Below are positions 13,382 through 26,500 of a DNA stretch of 64,000 bases, piece by piece (the stretch's first letter is position 1; every line of letters begins with the position of its first letter). The notes below the pieces were generated by a model, which ran no database searches, had not been told where the DNA came from, and worked only from the letters and a program-made list of their open reading frames with translations. Position numbers and translations under genes: made by a program. This DNA comes from Saccostrea cucullata (Eukaryota), in NCBI RefSeq assembly GCF_032062105.1, contig NW_026940097.1:1-64000 (forward strand), given 5' to 3'.

Positions 13382-15743
13382 TGAAACTCCTCTGCTTTAG
13401 TCTAAGGAAATGAACGAAACACCATTATTTTCACGAGAAAACATTTTTTTGTAAAGCTTGTATGGTTTTCTTAGAAAATTATTCATGACCTGTATCAAAT
13501 ATATATTGTAGAGAACTTCTCATAAATGTGCATTTAATTACATTTTTTTTTTCAATCAAACTGAGCTGGTTATTTTTTTCTTGATATGATGCATTTTCCT
13601 TAAAGAATTAACTCAGTTTCCATGATCATTTGAACTCTTTTATCTAAATAAACGTGCATATGTCCTTTATTTAAAAGTATCTGTTCATTTATCTATTTAT
13701 TATTTAAAGTACATATACATCGGGCATTGAAAATAGTTGAATGAAGTCTAGATTTTTATGACCTTCTCAAAGTCTACTCTTGCAGTTTGGAACAATAATT
13801 TTTGTTCATGTTAAATCTTATAGTGTTCCTTTTACATACAACAGTTTGCATCAATCTCTGATGAACACTATAAAAGGTACTTTAGCATCCTTCATCTTCT
13901 CTTCATTGTTAGATACATGGTTAGCGACTGTAGGTATATAAAAAGATATTATAAGAATTAAGAATTTATTTGATTGATTGGTGTTTTACGTTCCATACGT
14001 GATTTTTTTTTACTCAAATAGAAACATCATTGAAAAATTTATAACATTTACTTGGAGTTCATGACCACTGAGCAGTGATGAAAGATGATCTTCATCGTAA
14101 TGAAGTCGAGACACGATTTCTTGAATTTTAAGGGTATCATCCGAAACATTCAAAACTTTCAAAGTGCCGAGGTCTTGGCGAAGGAAAAATTGCTTCATAT
14201 GTTTTAAAATCAATTTAATTCAATCACGTTTGGGTTGTGGACCCACAACCTTCATATCACGGAGCGAGCTCATGACGTGAAGGAAACACGTATACATGTA
14301 CATGTTTATTGTAAAGAAATAGGATGAGAAAGAGCGACCTCGAGAATATATAAACATTACAATACTTCGAATAGGTACTTTAAATTCATGCACACTGTGT
14401 CGATCAGGCAGAAGGCGATATCTGCATTGATATTTAGCATGAACATAATTGCTTAATATATTGTATGAAACAGAGGAAGAAAATATACCATTCTGTCAAT
14501 TACTGTATACAGTGCCATTTTCGCCCCGTGTTATTTTCGCCCTTTCACACCTGCAAATATATTTGGCCCGTTTTAAATTCGCCTAATCAAAGTTCTGTAC
14601 AAGAAATTATACTGTGCTTTTAGAATTCACCCCGTTTTAAATTCGTCCTCCTGTGAACTTGCTGAAAGAGGCGAAAATTTTCTTGTATTAAGTAAATGGT
14701 TTGAAAGGTCTGGAATAGTTTCTGATAGATTGAGCTCAGTCATCCAATCAGATTTCTGTTTAGATTGGCAGACTGAGAGTATCATCCTGTTTAGTGTGTG
14801 AGTTAAAATACAAATCTATGGTATTCATACACGATAAAATGGTTAAAATAATGATTTTATATGATATCGTTAATATCTGTAAAGTTAACATAATTATTTT
14901 TGTTCTTACATTTTCTTGAGTTTTGGAATAAGTCCTCCTTCTGTGGAATATTGATTCAAATTAAATGAATCCTTACAAAGTAGCTTAAAATATTATTACA
15001 CATGAGTCAACTGACCGAATAAAATAATATATTTTTTATGGTATATGACAAAAGGATTGGTCCTTAATGATGATCACAAAAATTATAAACCTTCAGATAT
15101 ATTCTATCTACAATTATACTTTAAATCTTAATCTGAACCTTATACATTGAACAGGAACTTTATTTTATCAACTTAGCGGATTCATAGCAGAGAGAAGTTA
15201 TGAAGCTTGCATTTGAAACGAAAGAGTAAACAACAACCAAAACCCCTTTACGAATGAAATGGAACTAGAATACCGGGTATCTTCTCAGATGGATACTCAG
15301 GTGTTTTCAATTTCTTATCTGTCTTGAAATAAGAAGAAATTTGAACACTTAAATTGCTCAAATTTATTGGAAGATGAAGAAAATCCAAACAAGGAAAAAA
15401 GTATGCAGCCATGATTTATCAGAGTAACGGTCAGAGAAAATTGTAAAGTCCAGTAGAATGCAGACTTTAAATCAACAGTATACATATCTCTTTTTCAGAG
15501 TTGATTCAAACCTGACAATATCAGCCATAAAAAAGTTACCTTTTATTTTAATTATTCACAAGGTAATTAAGGTTATTTAGAAACAATTTGCTGATCAGTT
15601 TGATGATAAATCACTTCTGAGGAATCACTTGATAAATCTTCCCTAATTGGCTATTTACATCAAATCAATAAAATGTTTTCTATACTCAATTATTTCTGAA
15701 AGCAAAGAGGGGAAAATTGAAACTAAATATCTTTCTTCGTTTA
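12728..15743 (+). repeat. Segmental tandem duplication of 1-4082 (lectin exons 2-3 plus downstream DNA), offset about 12.7 kb
   Basis: Colinear alignment at roughly 90% identity by eye, except for the 1322-2374 insertion in copy A. Homology ends at the mariner terminus at 15744. Confidence 0.92.
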
Positions 15744-16040
15744 CGAGGGTCGTCAATAAATGATGCAACATGTCATCTAAAAATATGAGAAAGTACATAA
15801 TACATATTCTTAATGGGTTCAATCCTTCAAGGCATTCCCTCTTACCCTTTACACATGTATTATGTCTTTGTAACCATGTACAGAAAACCTCAGCATACTC
15901 ATCTTTAGGGCTGCCCCAAAGGCACTAACGAATATCATTTCCCATGACATATCTGACATTGTACAATCTTCCTTTGATTGTTTTCATGTGTTTTGGGAAT
16001 AAAAAGATCTCACAATGTCTTAGATCTATCTAATATGACC
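15744..16040 (-). pseudogene. Mariner element 3' end with decayed transposase C-terminus
   Basis: TA|CGAGGGTCGTCAATAAAT terminus. Minus strand reads DLRHCEIFLFPKHMKTIKGRLYN..IR*CL..PKDEYAEVFCTWLQRHNTCVKGKRECLEG, resembling mariner DLAPCDFFLFP..WxxRxxKCV..GEYFE. Confidence 0.8.
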
Positions 16041-16585
16041 GATGGAAAAGTTCTGTTCACTTTATTTTCTTCAAAATCTTATTTATTTCTCTGAGCTTAT
16101 ATGCAACTGCGTTGTCAGGCACAGGAAAAATACCCTGGTCACCGAAATTTGGTCTACCCTGGCAAGAACTCTGCTTAGCTTTGCTAACTGCAATTCGAAC
16201 ATAAAGTTAGCATTGTTAGTCCTTCATTTAGATATGTGTACATGTTTTAATGGATCTCTCTTAATACAGGAAAACTAATAAAACATGTTTGGAGCACTTG
16301 CTTCTCTTTATCATAATAAAATTACACCTTTTCTTTGATTGCACATTTCTTATTATAAATCTTATTTTTCGGCTACAAAAAAGTGCACCTATATTTTGTC
16401 ATTTATCAAGCAAGTTTATCAAATCTTCTATTAAAAAAACATTTTTTTGAATAGACCGTTGCCACATTTACCGCATGTTTCTCTAAGGCATTTTTAAGAA
16501 AATAGGGTACCTATTTGATAGAAATATTGTTGTTTTTTCCTTTGTCAAAATTCTACAAAATGCTGTGAAAAGATTAAACTCTAAT

Positions 16586-17250
16586 GGAAGCATCCTCATG
16601 TGGTGTAGATTTGAGTTTGTTCAAATCATGAGCCCCGGTGATAGGTTCGGGTCGCAATGGACGGTCAAGGTTTTACATAGGAATGTGTAGAAAAAAAATA
16701 TTTAAAAAATCTTCCTCTGAAGAATAGCAGGGCCATGATTGATAATATTTACATGTATGTGAAAGCATCCTCAGATGGTGTAGATTCAAAATTGTTCAAA
16801 TCATGAATGGACAGTCAAAGTTTTACATAAGAATGTAACTGTAAAATCGAAGAAGATCTTCTTCTCAAGAACCGAAACGCCATGGTTAGTCAATTTTATG
16901 TGAAAGCACCCTGAGGTAGTGTAAATTCAAATTTGTTCAAATCATGACCCCCGGAGATAAGCTGGGTTTACAATGGTTGATCAAGAATTTGCACAGGAAT
17001 ATAAAGGGAAACTCTTCAAAAATCTTCTTCTAAAGAACAGCAAAGTCATGATTAGTTATATTTATATGAAAGCATCCTCAGGTTGTGTATTTTCAAGTTT
17101 GTTCAAATCATGACCCCCGGGGATATGGTGGGGTAACAATGGACGGTCAAAGCTTTACAAAAAACATATAGAAAATTTTTTTAAAAATTTATTTATCAAG
17201 AACAGAAAAGCCATGATTATTCACATTGATATGGAAGCATCTGCAGGGGG
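16586..17250 (+). repeat. Degenerate array of about 166-bp Cg170-like monomers (Helentron remnant)
   Basis: Four diverged copies of AAGCATCCTCAGGTAGTGTAGATTCAAATTTGTTCAAATCATGACCCC, the same family as 28443-29506. Confidence 0.8.
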
Positions 17251-17765
17251 GTATATTCTAATTTCTTTTCTTTAGTTTAGTTGCCGTTCACTGCAACATC
17301 CAAGCTCTGATTCCTTTTCCGCATTCGAAGTAAACAGATTAACTGAATTTACTTAATACAAGAAAGGTGGCGAATAAAATAATGATAATAAGACAGGAAA
17401 CCAACAATTATTAATTTTTGTTTATGTTTTATCTTAATTTAATTTTTTATTCAGTTTTTTCGAGATCTCGACACCTGTTTTCTCAAGCGGATATTTATAT
17501 GACCAAATAACATTATATAAAAATTGCGTATACACGTCAATTAAAATCTGATGTATGCTATATCATAAATAACAAATTATATACTTCTTTTAAATTTTAA
17601 TTTTTTTTAATTTGGGACTGACATCTAGTCGATACTAACCAGTGCAATGCAGTAATTAATAAAAAAATAACATTCTTGCCACACAAACATTTTGCATAGT
17701 AATTCGTGGGTAAAATCGTGTATACCTATTGTGATTGACCCCGTGAAAAAGGTAAGTTTACAGAA

Positions 17766-17980
17766 CCGTATAAGCAGAATTTTTAGAGAGGACTTAATTT
17801 TGGCATTATTAGTGAGGGTGCTGAGATCGCTAAGATTGAATATCGCTAACTACTTGCGTTTTATTTGTAATAGCATCTTTAGTGAGCATTTTAAATCGCT
17901 AAAATTAAATCTCGCTCAAAATAAAAGTTTTTAAGAATATATCGCTAAATTCCGTCAGGCTAAAATTTCCACTTATACGG
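17766..17980. mobile_element. MITE (second copy inverted at about 32826-33050)
   Basis: CCGTATAAG..CTTATACGG ends with internal TCGCTAA repeats. Confidence 0.7.
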
Positions 17981-20900
17981 AATTACCTTGGAAGAAATCG
18001 CGTCAACTAATATACTTGACTGAAAAAATTAAAAACTTGAGAAATAAGCATTCACCATTTATTTAATTTAAGATCAGAAAACCAATCTTTCACAATAAGG
18101 ATAAGTAAAGTCAGAATTTTGGACCTCGTTAACATCTGCGTCCGTTCGTTCTTCATTGGTACCATGCATACGGGTGGAGACAGAGCTCATGCCGAATATA
18201 TCATAAATGATTTACATGTATTAGCAAAAGTTCATGAACTTTACGCATTGTTGTTCCCACAAAAAGCACATTAAACAAACTTGTGTTACAAAACAACAGA
18301 TATATCAGCCATATCATGATGACTTGTCATACAGTTCAAAGAGTTTTGGCTTAATTGTGTATATGATGTCTGTTTTTGATCTTCTCATTTCCGTTTTGGG
18401 TTGCCAAATAACGATGTTAATCAAATTTGCTCTGTCAGTTCAAACTGAAGAAGGATTCAACCGATTATGAATGTTTTAATACATGAATGTGATGATGTGG
18501 ACTGAGAACGAGGTCAATTTTTCCCTGAAATAAAACTGTCTGCAGACAGGGCGTTTTTTCAAAGAATTTAATATTCAATGGTATTCAGACGATCTATATG
18601 CTTTTGAAAAGTTTGATGTGACAATAAAAGTTGTCGGTTTTTTTTTACCCATTTGGTATGTATAATCTTTTTTTTAATTATAAGTTTTCATTAAAATCCT
18701 TGACTCTAAAGACTATTTAAGAGGATAGGAAATACACATTGATGCTCAGCTATTTCTGTTATTGTAATTTTGTAATTTTGAAACAATCAACCGGGATACA
18801 TGTATAATTTAAGATATTTTTATAAGTCAAGACTGTCATATTTCAATAAATGACGTATTGAAAACATGTTAAATTAAAATATTTGCATTCGCAAATATTT
18901 TTTCTCAGAAGAATCTATACTATAGCTATTTAAGGTAAGATTTTTCTCTGGTTTCTGAGTAGATGAAATACTCGGTTATATGTCTTATATAATTAGGTGT
19001 AAGAGATTTAAAAGACCATATTTTTCTTTCTTAACCAAAATTGTACAAATTTGAATAGAAATGGTAAACCGCTTTTGAAAATTAGCAGGGACTATATTTT
19101 TGCAAAATGGTGGCGTATGAATATATCTTCTTTCCTGCCTCTAAAAATTATTATAGAACATTGAATTTAGTGATAATTTTTAAACAATCAAACACTTGAA
19201 GAACTTTTCAACTGTAATTTTATTTATAAGAAGGAACTAAAATTCCTAAATATACCAAATAAATATTATTTTTTAAACAAACTAGAACTATGTTAGCTTG
19301 TTTATTAGCTTCCAATCTGAGTACAGATTTGAGCCAAAAGTCCTTGAAAAATATTTTTTTCTTTCTTTGTATATGATTTAAACTTTTTTTGTATGATTTG
19401 GTATCTCTATGTGACAACTTTACCATGTGTGAAAATGAGAAAAAATTAAATACAAGAAGCATATAGAAATAACTAATATATCCTAAAAATTTAAGAAAAA
19501 TTAGCTAATATCCATTTTAGTTAAATCATTTATGTCAATTTGATACAAAATACCATTTTATAGGCCCTTTATGATAGTATTTTTTATGCAAAAAGAAAAA
19601 CATTCAATATTTTGAAAAACAAGTAGGGGTGGCATAATTGTCAACAGGTTTTTTTTAAATTATTAATGTTCAGGAAAAAGGTAATGACCTAGCTTCATCT
19701 GACCTTGTTTTTAAAACGGTTTAATTTTACTGATACCAGCAATTTGCGATATTTTCATCTTGATTCTGTGAAAATTTTATTAATTTTTAAATACAAGAAA
19801 TATGAGAAGAATCCTATTTTAAGAGAAAATATGTTTAATTCTGTATGCACTGATAAAGATGTCAGAGGTCATACATGTAACGTGACCGAAACACATGGTG
19901 AGGCGACATTTTAATTGTCAGTCTCTGAAACTGCTTTGGAATATTCATTTAGCTTCGTAGCATTCAAAAACATAAAAAAAAATTCAAAAGTATGATTTTT
20001 TTCAATCACTAGATTTCCATAAAATCTTTTTTGGTGAGAATATTTTGAATAAAATTATTAGTCTAAAATGGCGCTTAACTTTTTCAACCCAAAATTCCTT
20101 TGAATGTATGTAAAGTGAAACAGGTAATACCACCTCATATAAAGAACTCCTAAAATTCTTGGAAAAAATATTTTCTGTTTCAGTCAAGACTGGTGACATG
20201 AAGTCTTACTAGTGACTTTATTTACAATTCCCTAGGTGAAATTTTGGAATAATACTCGAAGTTTTTTAGTTTATATTATTAAATTCCATGTTATTGCAGT
20301 AATTTGATTTGTGGAATAATGCATGCAATTAAAAGATGAATCGATCATTTTAATAAACATTCAGCTTAACTATTTTCGATGCAATTTGAGCATTAATAAG
20401 ATTATACAAATTCTGCTTTAAAAAAGTGGGGAAAATTGGTTAAATTGTTAAATTTCACTAAAGAGCCAAAACCACAGACATTCCGATTGATGTCAATTTT
20501 GCGATGGAATTTGTAGTGGCACAGCTCTACTCTACTCTACAGGGTTTCTATTCTCATTAAGAATATAAAAGAGTAAAAGTTTACTCTAGGGATGTATGCG
20601 AAAATTGACAGTGTTTTGTTTCGTAATTACATATGTTTACTGTTCTCTTTATAAAAGGGTCTCTTTTTTACAGCATTTTATTTGAACTATTATTTTTTGG
20701 CAGAATATAAGAAATAAATGTGACAGACGCAACTTTTTAAGATCATATGATAAGAATTATACTGAAAGGAAAAAGAAACGCATGAGAACATAATGTGCGA
20801 AAATGTTTTGACTACATGGTCGAAAATTATGAAAATTAGTCTGATGTGTATTTTGGTAACTTTGCACTAAAATCGGTGGTTAAAACTAAAAACTGTATGG

Positions 20901-22194
20901 CGTCATGTAGGGAGAGTAATAAAAAGCCAAAACCACGCGTATATTGATGAGGACAATTTTGTGATTACATTTTATAGTGGCAAACGATGCATTAGAGTTA
21001 TAAACATCCATTTTTGCATATTTGTAGTCAGTACAAATTTCTTGAATCATGGTTTGGCTGACAAAAGTTACATTGAGTCTATTTCTTGAATTGCATAAAT
21101 GAATAAAAAAGCAGCAAAGACAATTGCTGAACAGTTTGTTTTTAAATTTTCGGTTGTCAGAGATTATCTTAAGAGGTTTCCACCCAAATATGGCAGCGAC
21201 GTTGGCGTGTAACAACAATCAAGATCGTCAAGGCATTATTACTGAAACCGATATTTATTATTATTATTATTATACTCGTTACATTCACCCTAAAACTGAC
21301 AGAAACCCTTTGCTCTAATTTGGTACGCGACATTGGCAACTTCACATCTATTTTACTCTCGCACGCGTACTTATGCGTATTGTTTTCAGCTTGTTCACAC
21401 TGGGAAAAGGTGGCCAGTGTTTGTCGAAACCTTTTTAAAAACCATTCAGGTGTACCAAACCAGCTGGATTCTGTAAATTTTATCCTAAATCGAAAATACG
21501 TGGGATTCATAGGGCGGGGGATTTGTTGGCTTTAGAACATTACAGCTACTCTCAGCCACTAAGATTACCGTCGAAATAGTTGAATAATAATCCCATGAGA
21601 AAAAGAAATGCTCTAATGAACTCAATATACAGGAAAATCAAGGATGTTACATGTACTAATGCATAATGGAGATTATGAGAAATTCTATTTTCATTTCTGG
21701 AGGGTATCGACATGTCAGTTTCAATAGCTCATGAATTATCAGTCAAAGGCAAACAAGATCTTTGTAACTCGTTGATAAAAGATGAATTAAAATGTTTGAT
21801 AAAAATACTGGAAAACATATTCGAAATAATTGTTATGATTTAATTTAAATTCAAAAGTTTACTATGCATTTCTTTTTCCTTTCAGTATAGTACATTGCTT
21901 TATTGATATTAATAGGAAGATTATATTCAGTTTGAGAAGAAAGGAATGAAAATTAAATTAGTACAATTCTCAGTAAAGCTTGGGAAATTTAAATTGTTGA
22001 AAATTATGAAACGACTTAATCCCAATCATAATGCCGTAAGAAACGCTGTCATTGGATCATTGCTACACTCGTTGTCATTCACTTGAATTTCTTTCCCATT
22101 TATATTTCAACCGTGAATGAAAGCTGTGTAAATTTCAGACGCATATGTAACTTCGAGAAAAACACCTCTTACTGAAAGTTGAAGTTCACTGAGA

Positions 22195-22358
22195 NNNNNN
22201 NNNNNNNNNNNNNNNNNNNNNNNNNNNNNNNNNNNNNNNNNNNNNNNNNNNNNNNNNNNNNNNNNNNNNNNNNNNNNNNNNNNNNNNNNNNNNNNNNNNN
22301 NNNNNNNNNNNNNNNNNNNNNNNNNNNNNNNNNNNNNNNNNNNNNNNNNNNNNNNNNN
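22195..22358. other. Assembly gap (164 N)
   Basis: Run of N. Confidence 1.
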
Positions 22359-22479
22359 AATTATATGATTTCCTGATTTTTTTTTTATTTATGGAGTATA
22401 TATATACGTGTATTGAGGTTTTTTTTCTTTATATTTAAAGAGAAATTTCATCTTGTAGTAAACACAATAAAGGGCAAAT

Positions 22480-23802
22480 ATGTGGACATCTTTGAAAGCG
22501 GAAAAGGGTTCCTACAGTGCAAGAACATTTCGAAAGATTTTATTTCTTTTGTTAGTTAACCTAGAGGTAACCTGCATGGAAACAACGACATTTCAAACAT
22601 TAAGTTCAGAAGATGAATCCAGCGTTATGGTTGGCGTAAAAACAGTTGAAGGGAGAAGCTTATCGAATAGGGTATCAAATGTCAATCCCAACATGCAAAC
22701 AACTTTAAAGCCAGATGATGCTACGAGAAATGATGACTGTGTTGAGAAAATAAGAAGGGTGCGTAACGCAAGCGATATCAGTCCAGGAAAAGATAAACCG
22801 CATCTGGATTCAGAACTAAGTACAAGTACTTCAGGGCTGAAAAAATCAGAAAGGGCATGCAATGAATCACAAAATCAAACAGAAGGTCAAGAACTTACCA
22901 ATTCAACAGGAATTCAAGATAATAATTCTTTTTCAGAGAAGATATTACTTGCATTATCTGTTGGAATAGCTATCATGACTACCAATGGTGTAGTGGTTCT
23001 GGTATTTTGTAGAAATAGTGATTTGCGAAAAGGAACTTACTTTAGTTTGGTTTTAGGTTTATCTGTAAACGATTTTATGTATGGGGTTTGTGTATTTCTG
23101 CAAAACATTCGTCGAATGTTCTTTTCAAACTCTTTGGAACTATGCATTTCGTTGACCATTCTCTTTTCCGCGAGTATGACCATGTCTCTTTTTCAAAGCT
23201 TATGCATTAGTCTTCATCGATTACTTGTAATTTCGGAAAATGATTTAAATGTAAATATCTTTAAAAACAAACGGAAGTATGCCGTTTACATACTCGGATG
23301 GCTAGGAATTATAGTTACTTTATCTTCTTTAATTTCACCCCCTAAACACTACACTACCCCCGCGTGCACTTCTGCATTTGTGTTTAAAAACAATTTTTCC
23401 TTATTTGTTTTTGTGTTAATCTCTTTGGATGTTTCCTTTTTGTTTTTCATTCTCCTATCATATTGTTTAGCTCTGTATTTCCTGCTGAAACGTTACTCAG
23501 GCGCATCTTCAAAGACATCGGAACAAATAAACAAAGTGAAAAGAAAACGACTTTTCAAGTCTATGAAATTGGTGGGAATTTTACTGCTGTTTTTATTCGT
23601 GTCTTCTACTCCATATATAGTAGCCCTCTTCCTCGTGAGTATCCAACTAAAAGGTCCTCTTACTTTACATGATTCACCCTTGTTTTTAGTATCAATTTCT
23701 TTAATGAGTTGCAACAGTTTTTTAAATCCTATTATTTATTTTTATCATATACAAGAATTCAAAACTGCCATTAAAAATCTGTGTTGTTTCCACTTAGTAT
23801 GA
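22480..23802 (+). CDS. Single-exon rhodopsin-family (class A) orphan GPCR with long N-terminal ectodomain
   Basis: 440-aa ORF with seven hydrophobic segments: TM1 Asn (TNG), TM2 LSVND, Cys at top of TM3 and in ECL2, HRL at the DRY position, TM6 STPY, TM7 NSFLNPIIY, C-terminal CC. True start could be the Met at 22576. Confidence 0.9.
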   Translation: MWTSLKAEKGSYSARTFRKILFLLLVNLEVTCMETTTFQTLSSEDESSVMVGVKTVEGRSLSNRVSNVNPNMQTTLKPDDATRNDDCVEKIRRVRNASDISPGKDKPHLDSELSTSTSGLKKSERACNESQNQTEGQELTNSTGIQDNNSFSEKILLALSVGIAIMTTNGVVVLVFCRNSDLRKGTYFSLVLGLSVNDFMYGVCVFLQNIRRMFFSNSLELCISLTILFSASMTMSLFQSLCISLHRLLVISENDLNVNIFKNKRKYAVYILGWLGIIVTLSSLISPPKHYTTPACTSAFVFKNNFSLFVFVLISLDVSFLFFILLSYCLALYFLLKRYSGASSKTSEQINKVKRKRLFKSMKLVGILLLFLFVSSTPYIVALFLVSIQLKGPLTLHDSPLFLVSISLMSCNSFLNPIIYFYHIQEFKTAIKNLCCFHLV

Positions 23803-25475
23803 TTTTATTGTTTAAACTTACCTTAAGGGGTCATGCGGTGTTAAAGCTTCACACGACTTGACAATACATGTAGGCATACACCATTTAAATATTATTGACT
23901 ACATTGTTTTATATCAACACCAGGTATATGTACTCCTCGCATTCGTTCGCGACGCTCGCGAAGCAAGCTCAATAGACTAATGTGTAAGAACAGAGGAAAT
24001 TTGGAATGGAATCTGTACATTCGTTAAGCAAATTTTTGTGAGAAACCTTCCCAGAATTCCTTTGCTACCAGGATTTCATGCGATAATGGCGAATAAATAG
24101 ATATAATAAAGGAGACTATCGGTTTGTAGAAATCTTTAAAGCAACAAGACAATATCATACAAAGCATTTCATCAAAAAATTGCACTAGGTCTAAAGTTTC
24201 AACCAGACGCTTGGCTTTCTCCGTAAGCTCCGACCAGCTCTGTTACGTCGTGTAACTCGTCAAAGCTAGTCGAGATGTCTCGTGTGACTTAATGCTTGAA
24301 GTGGCTGATCAATATTTCAAGTGTATATTTGATGGTACAAATGCACTCGCCCCATGGGTCACACCGTAAAAAAAATATTGTCAGTTACGTGTATATGTGT
24401 TTGTGTATATACTGGCCTTTAATTTTTTTAAGTTTCTCTGTTATCTTTCTTTCCTTCGTTAGAAGTAGAAGTATACAATTATTTTTGTCGCTACCGAATA
24501 ATGCATATCACACGTCAGTCTGTACACGGTTGAAGGCCAATAACTCCGAAAAGTGATTTAAGTCAGTCGGTTTATATAGAACTCCTCAGATATAGCCAGA
24601 GGCTAATGGTAAATGGCGGACACTTTCCTTTTACGAATAGTGTCCAGCTTTACTCACCACGATTATCAATCGTGCATGGCTTCAGAGTGTGTTCAGACTG
24701 GGGTTACCAATATATAAAAAAAAAAAATAATAATAATAAACACAGAAATTTGACCCTTTTTTACCTTTTGGATGACTCCGCAAAGAGACATAATTTATGT
24801 AAAGTATTGATTGTTCTACTCTTAATTTGATTTGTGGCCTAGGTTTCATGGCTACCCTACCTGTGGATTTATGTAGACAGTTTATTGATATTTTCGTTAT
24901 GTAGTCTCCCATGTATTTTTTATACATGTGTTGCATGATACCTTTAGTCCTTTGCGTCCTTACCTGTTGATTTATGTAGATATTCATTTTCAAATCTAGT
25001 ATTATAGGGGGTCATGCTTGAATGTGTTAATCAACATATTTATTATTACTATGGTTACATGTATATATGAATTATCTCGTTTTGTATAGATCTTTTCGTC
25101 GTTTACAAAAAACAGTAAAACTCGGTTATAACGAAATATCCAGGGACCTATGAAATTAATTCGCTATTGCCATTATTCGTTATATTCCTATAAGGAATTC
25201 GTTTAATTTACACAGCTGGGTTCAAAGATTACTTCACTACATCTGTGAATTTGCATTATCCGTGTTTGTATTCAGTTGAACTAGTTTTATTGTAAACAAC
25301 TCATTCATTCTTATACGTGTTTTTATTTCGCCTGCCCTGAGCAAAAACATGAGCTCAGTCTCCTCGGTAACGGTATACAAACTAAGTAACATAAAAAAAC
25401 TTTCTTTATATTTAAGTCTGTTGCAATATATAGGGGAAAATGATGTAAACATATATTATAGATATTCAACATTAA

Positions 25476-26500
25476 CCCCCTTCCCCACAGTCACGCATTT
25501 TAACGCATATACCATTTCCTATTTCTAACGCAAAATCACGCATATACCGTTTCCCACAATCACACTTTTTCACGCACTTTAAAAAGTTCATTTAATCTTC
25601 AATTTAATTCCAATTTAAGTCTATTTTATACTTGCTAAAATCTCACAAAATAAAAGTTTTTTTTCTTATTAAAATATTACACCATAATATTATTTACTAA
25701 TACGCTAAACTTTAGAGAAATTTGTACCGCGCTATAAAGTGCTTGCGGGGAAATGGTAACATCATATATTGTATTTCTATGACGTGAACATTAAGGGTGT
25801 CCGATCCTCAGGTTCTGAACATCAGGCACTGACTAAATGAAAATGCTCAAAAAGATGTCTCTAAATTTTCAAAGTAATGTGTTTTTATCCATGGTTTTTC
25901 TTTAAACTTCATTTTCAAAGTTATTCATATTATATAGGGAAAATTAGTAAATCTAAAATAAATTTTCTGGACATGCGAATAAACCTACCTACTGCATATT
26001 TTCTGATCGAAAATTGATCAACAAATACATTTGAGGAATAAAAATTATATGTACCAATGCTTTTGAAGAAAATTGCATGATTTTTATACTTCGTGGGGAC
26101 TAGTTTCTCCTATTTACTTTGGTCAACTTATGATGCATAGTGTGTGGAGTGTTTCCTTTCATTGAAAACACCATTGGGACTTCTACGTTCATATCATTGC
26201 TAATTAACGTTGATAACTAAGACTAAATTATGATTACTTCGATTTCATTAAATATATCATTTTTACTTACTTTTATGAGGTACAAATATCAACTTTTTAG
26301 ATACCATTCCTAATACCTTCAAAGAACATTGATTTACAATGAGAGGAATAAAATGAAAATTGTTGCATGAAAAGATTTCAATTTCAAGCTTTATTTTGAG
26401 ACTTTTTAAATTAAATTATGAATTAATGAGTTATCTCCCCTGGCTGAGGATCGGATATCCTTAAGTGTATGTTGCACTACAGTTCAGTAAGTTGTAAAAA
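25476..26500 (+). mobile_element. piggyBac-like non-autonomous element fragment, interrupted by 25795-26460; second copy inverted at about 44825-45078
   Basis: TTAA|CCC terminus. Reverse-complement similarity to 44825-45078. Far end not identified. Confidence 0.6.
25795..26460. mobile_element. Kolobok-like non-autonomous element with TTAA TSD
   Basis: TTAA|GGGTGTCCGATCCTCAG...CTGAGGATCGGATATCC|TTAA. The empty site has a single TTAA at 44853-44856. Confidence 0.88.

Noticed and set aside
1-15743. Copies A and B as a haplotype assembly artifact
   Set aside because: Roughly 10% divergence with private indels and no gap between them favours real paralogs; it cannot be fully excluded without read depth.
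18830-21560. Long stretch with transposon-like texture and several short ORFs
   Set aside because: Could not find paired termini, a TSD or protein similarity; left unannotated.
23823-23845. TTAAGGGGTCATGC Kolobok-like end 20 nt after the GPCR stop
   Set aside because: No matching inverted end found.
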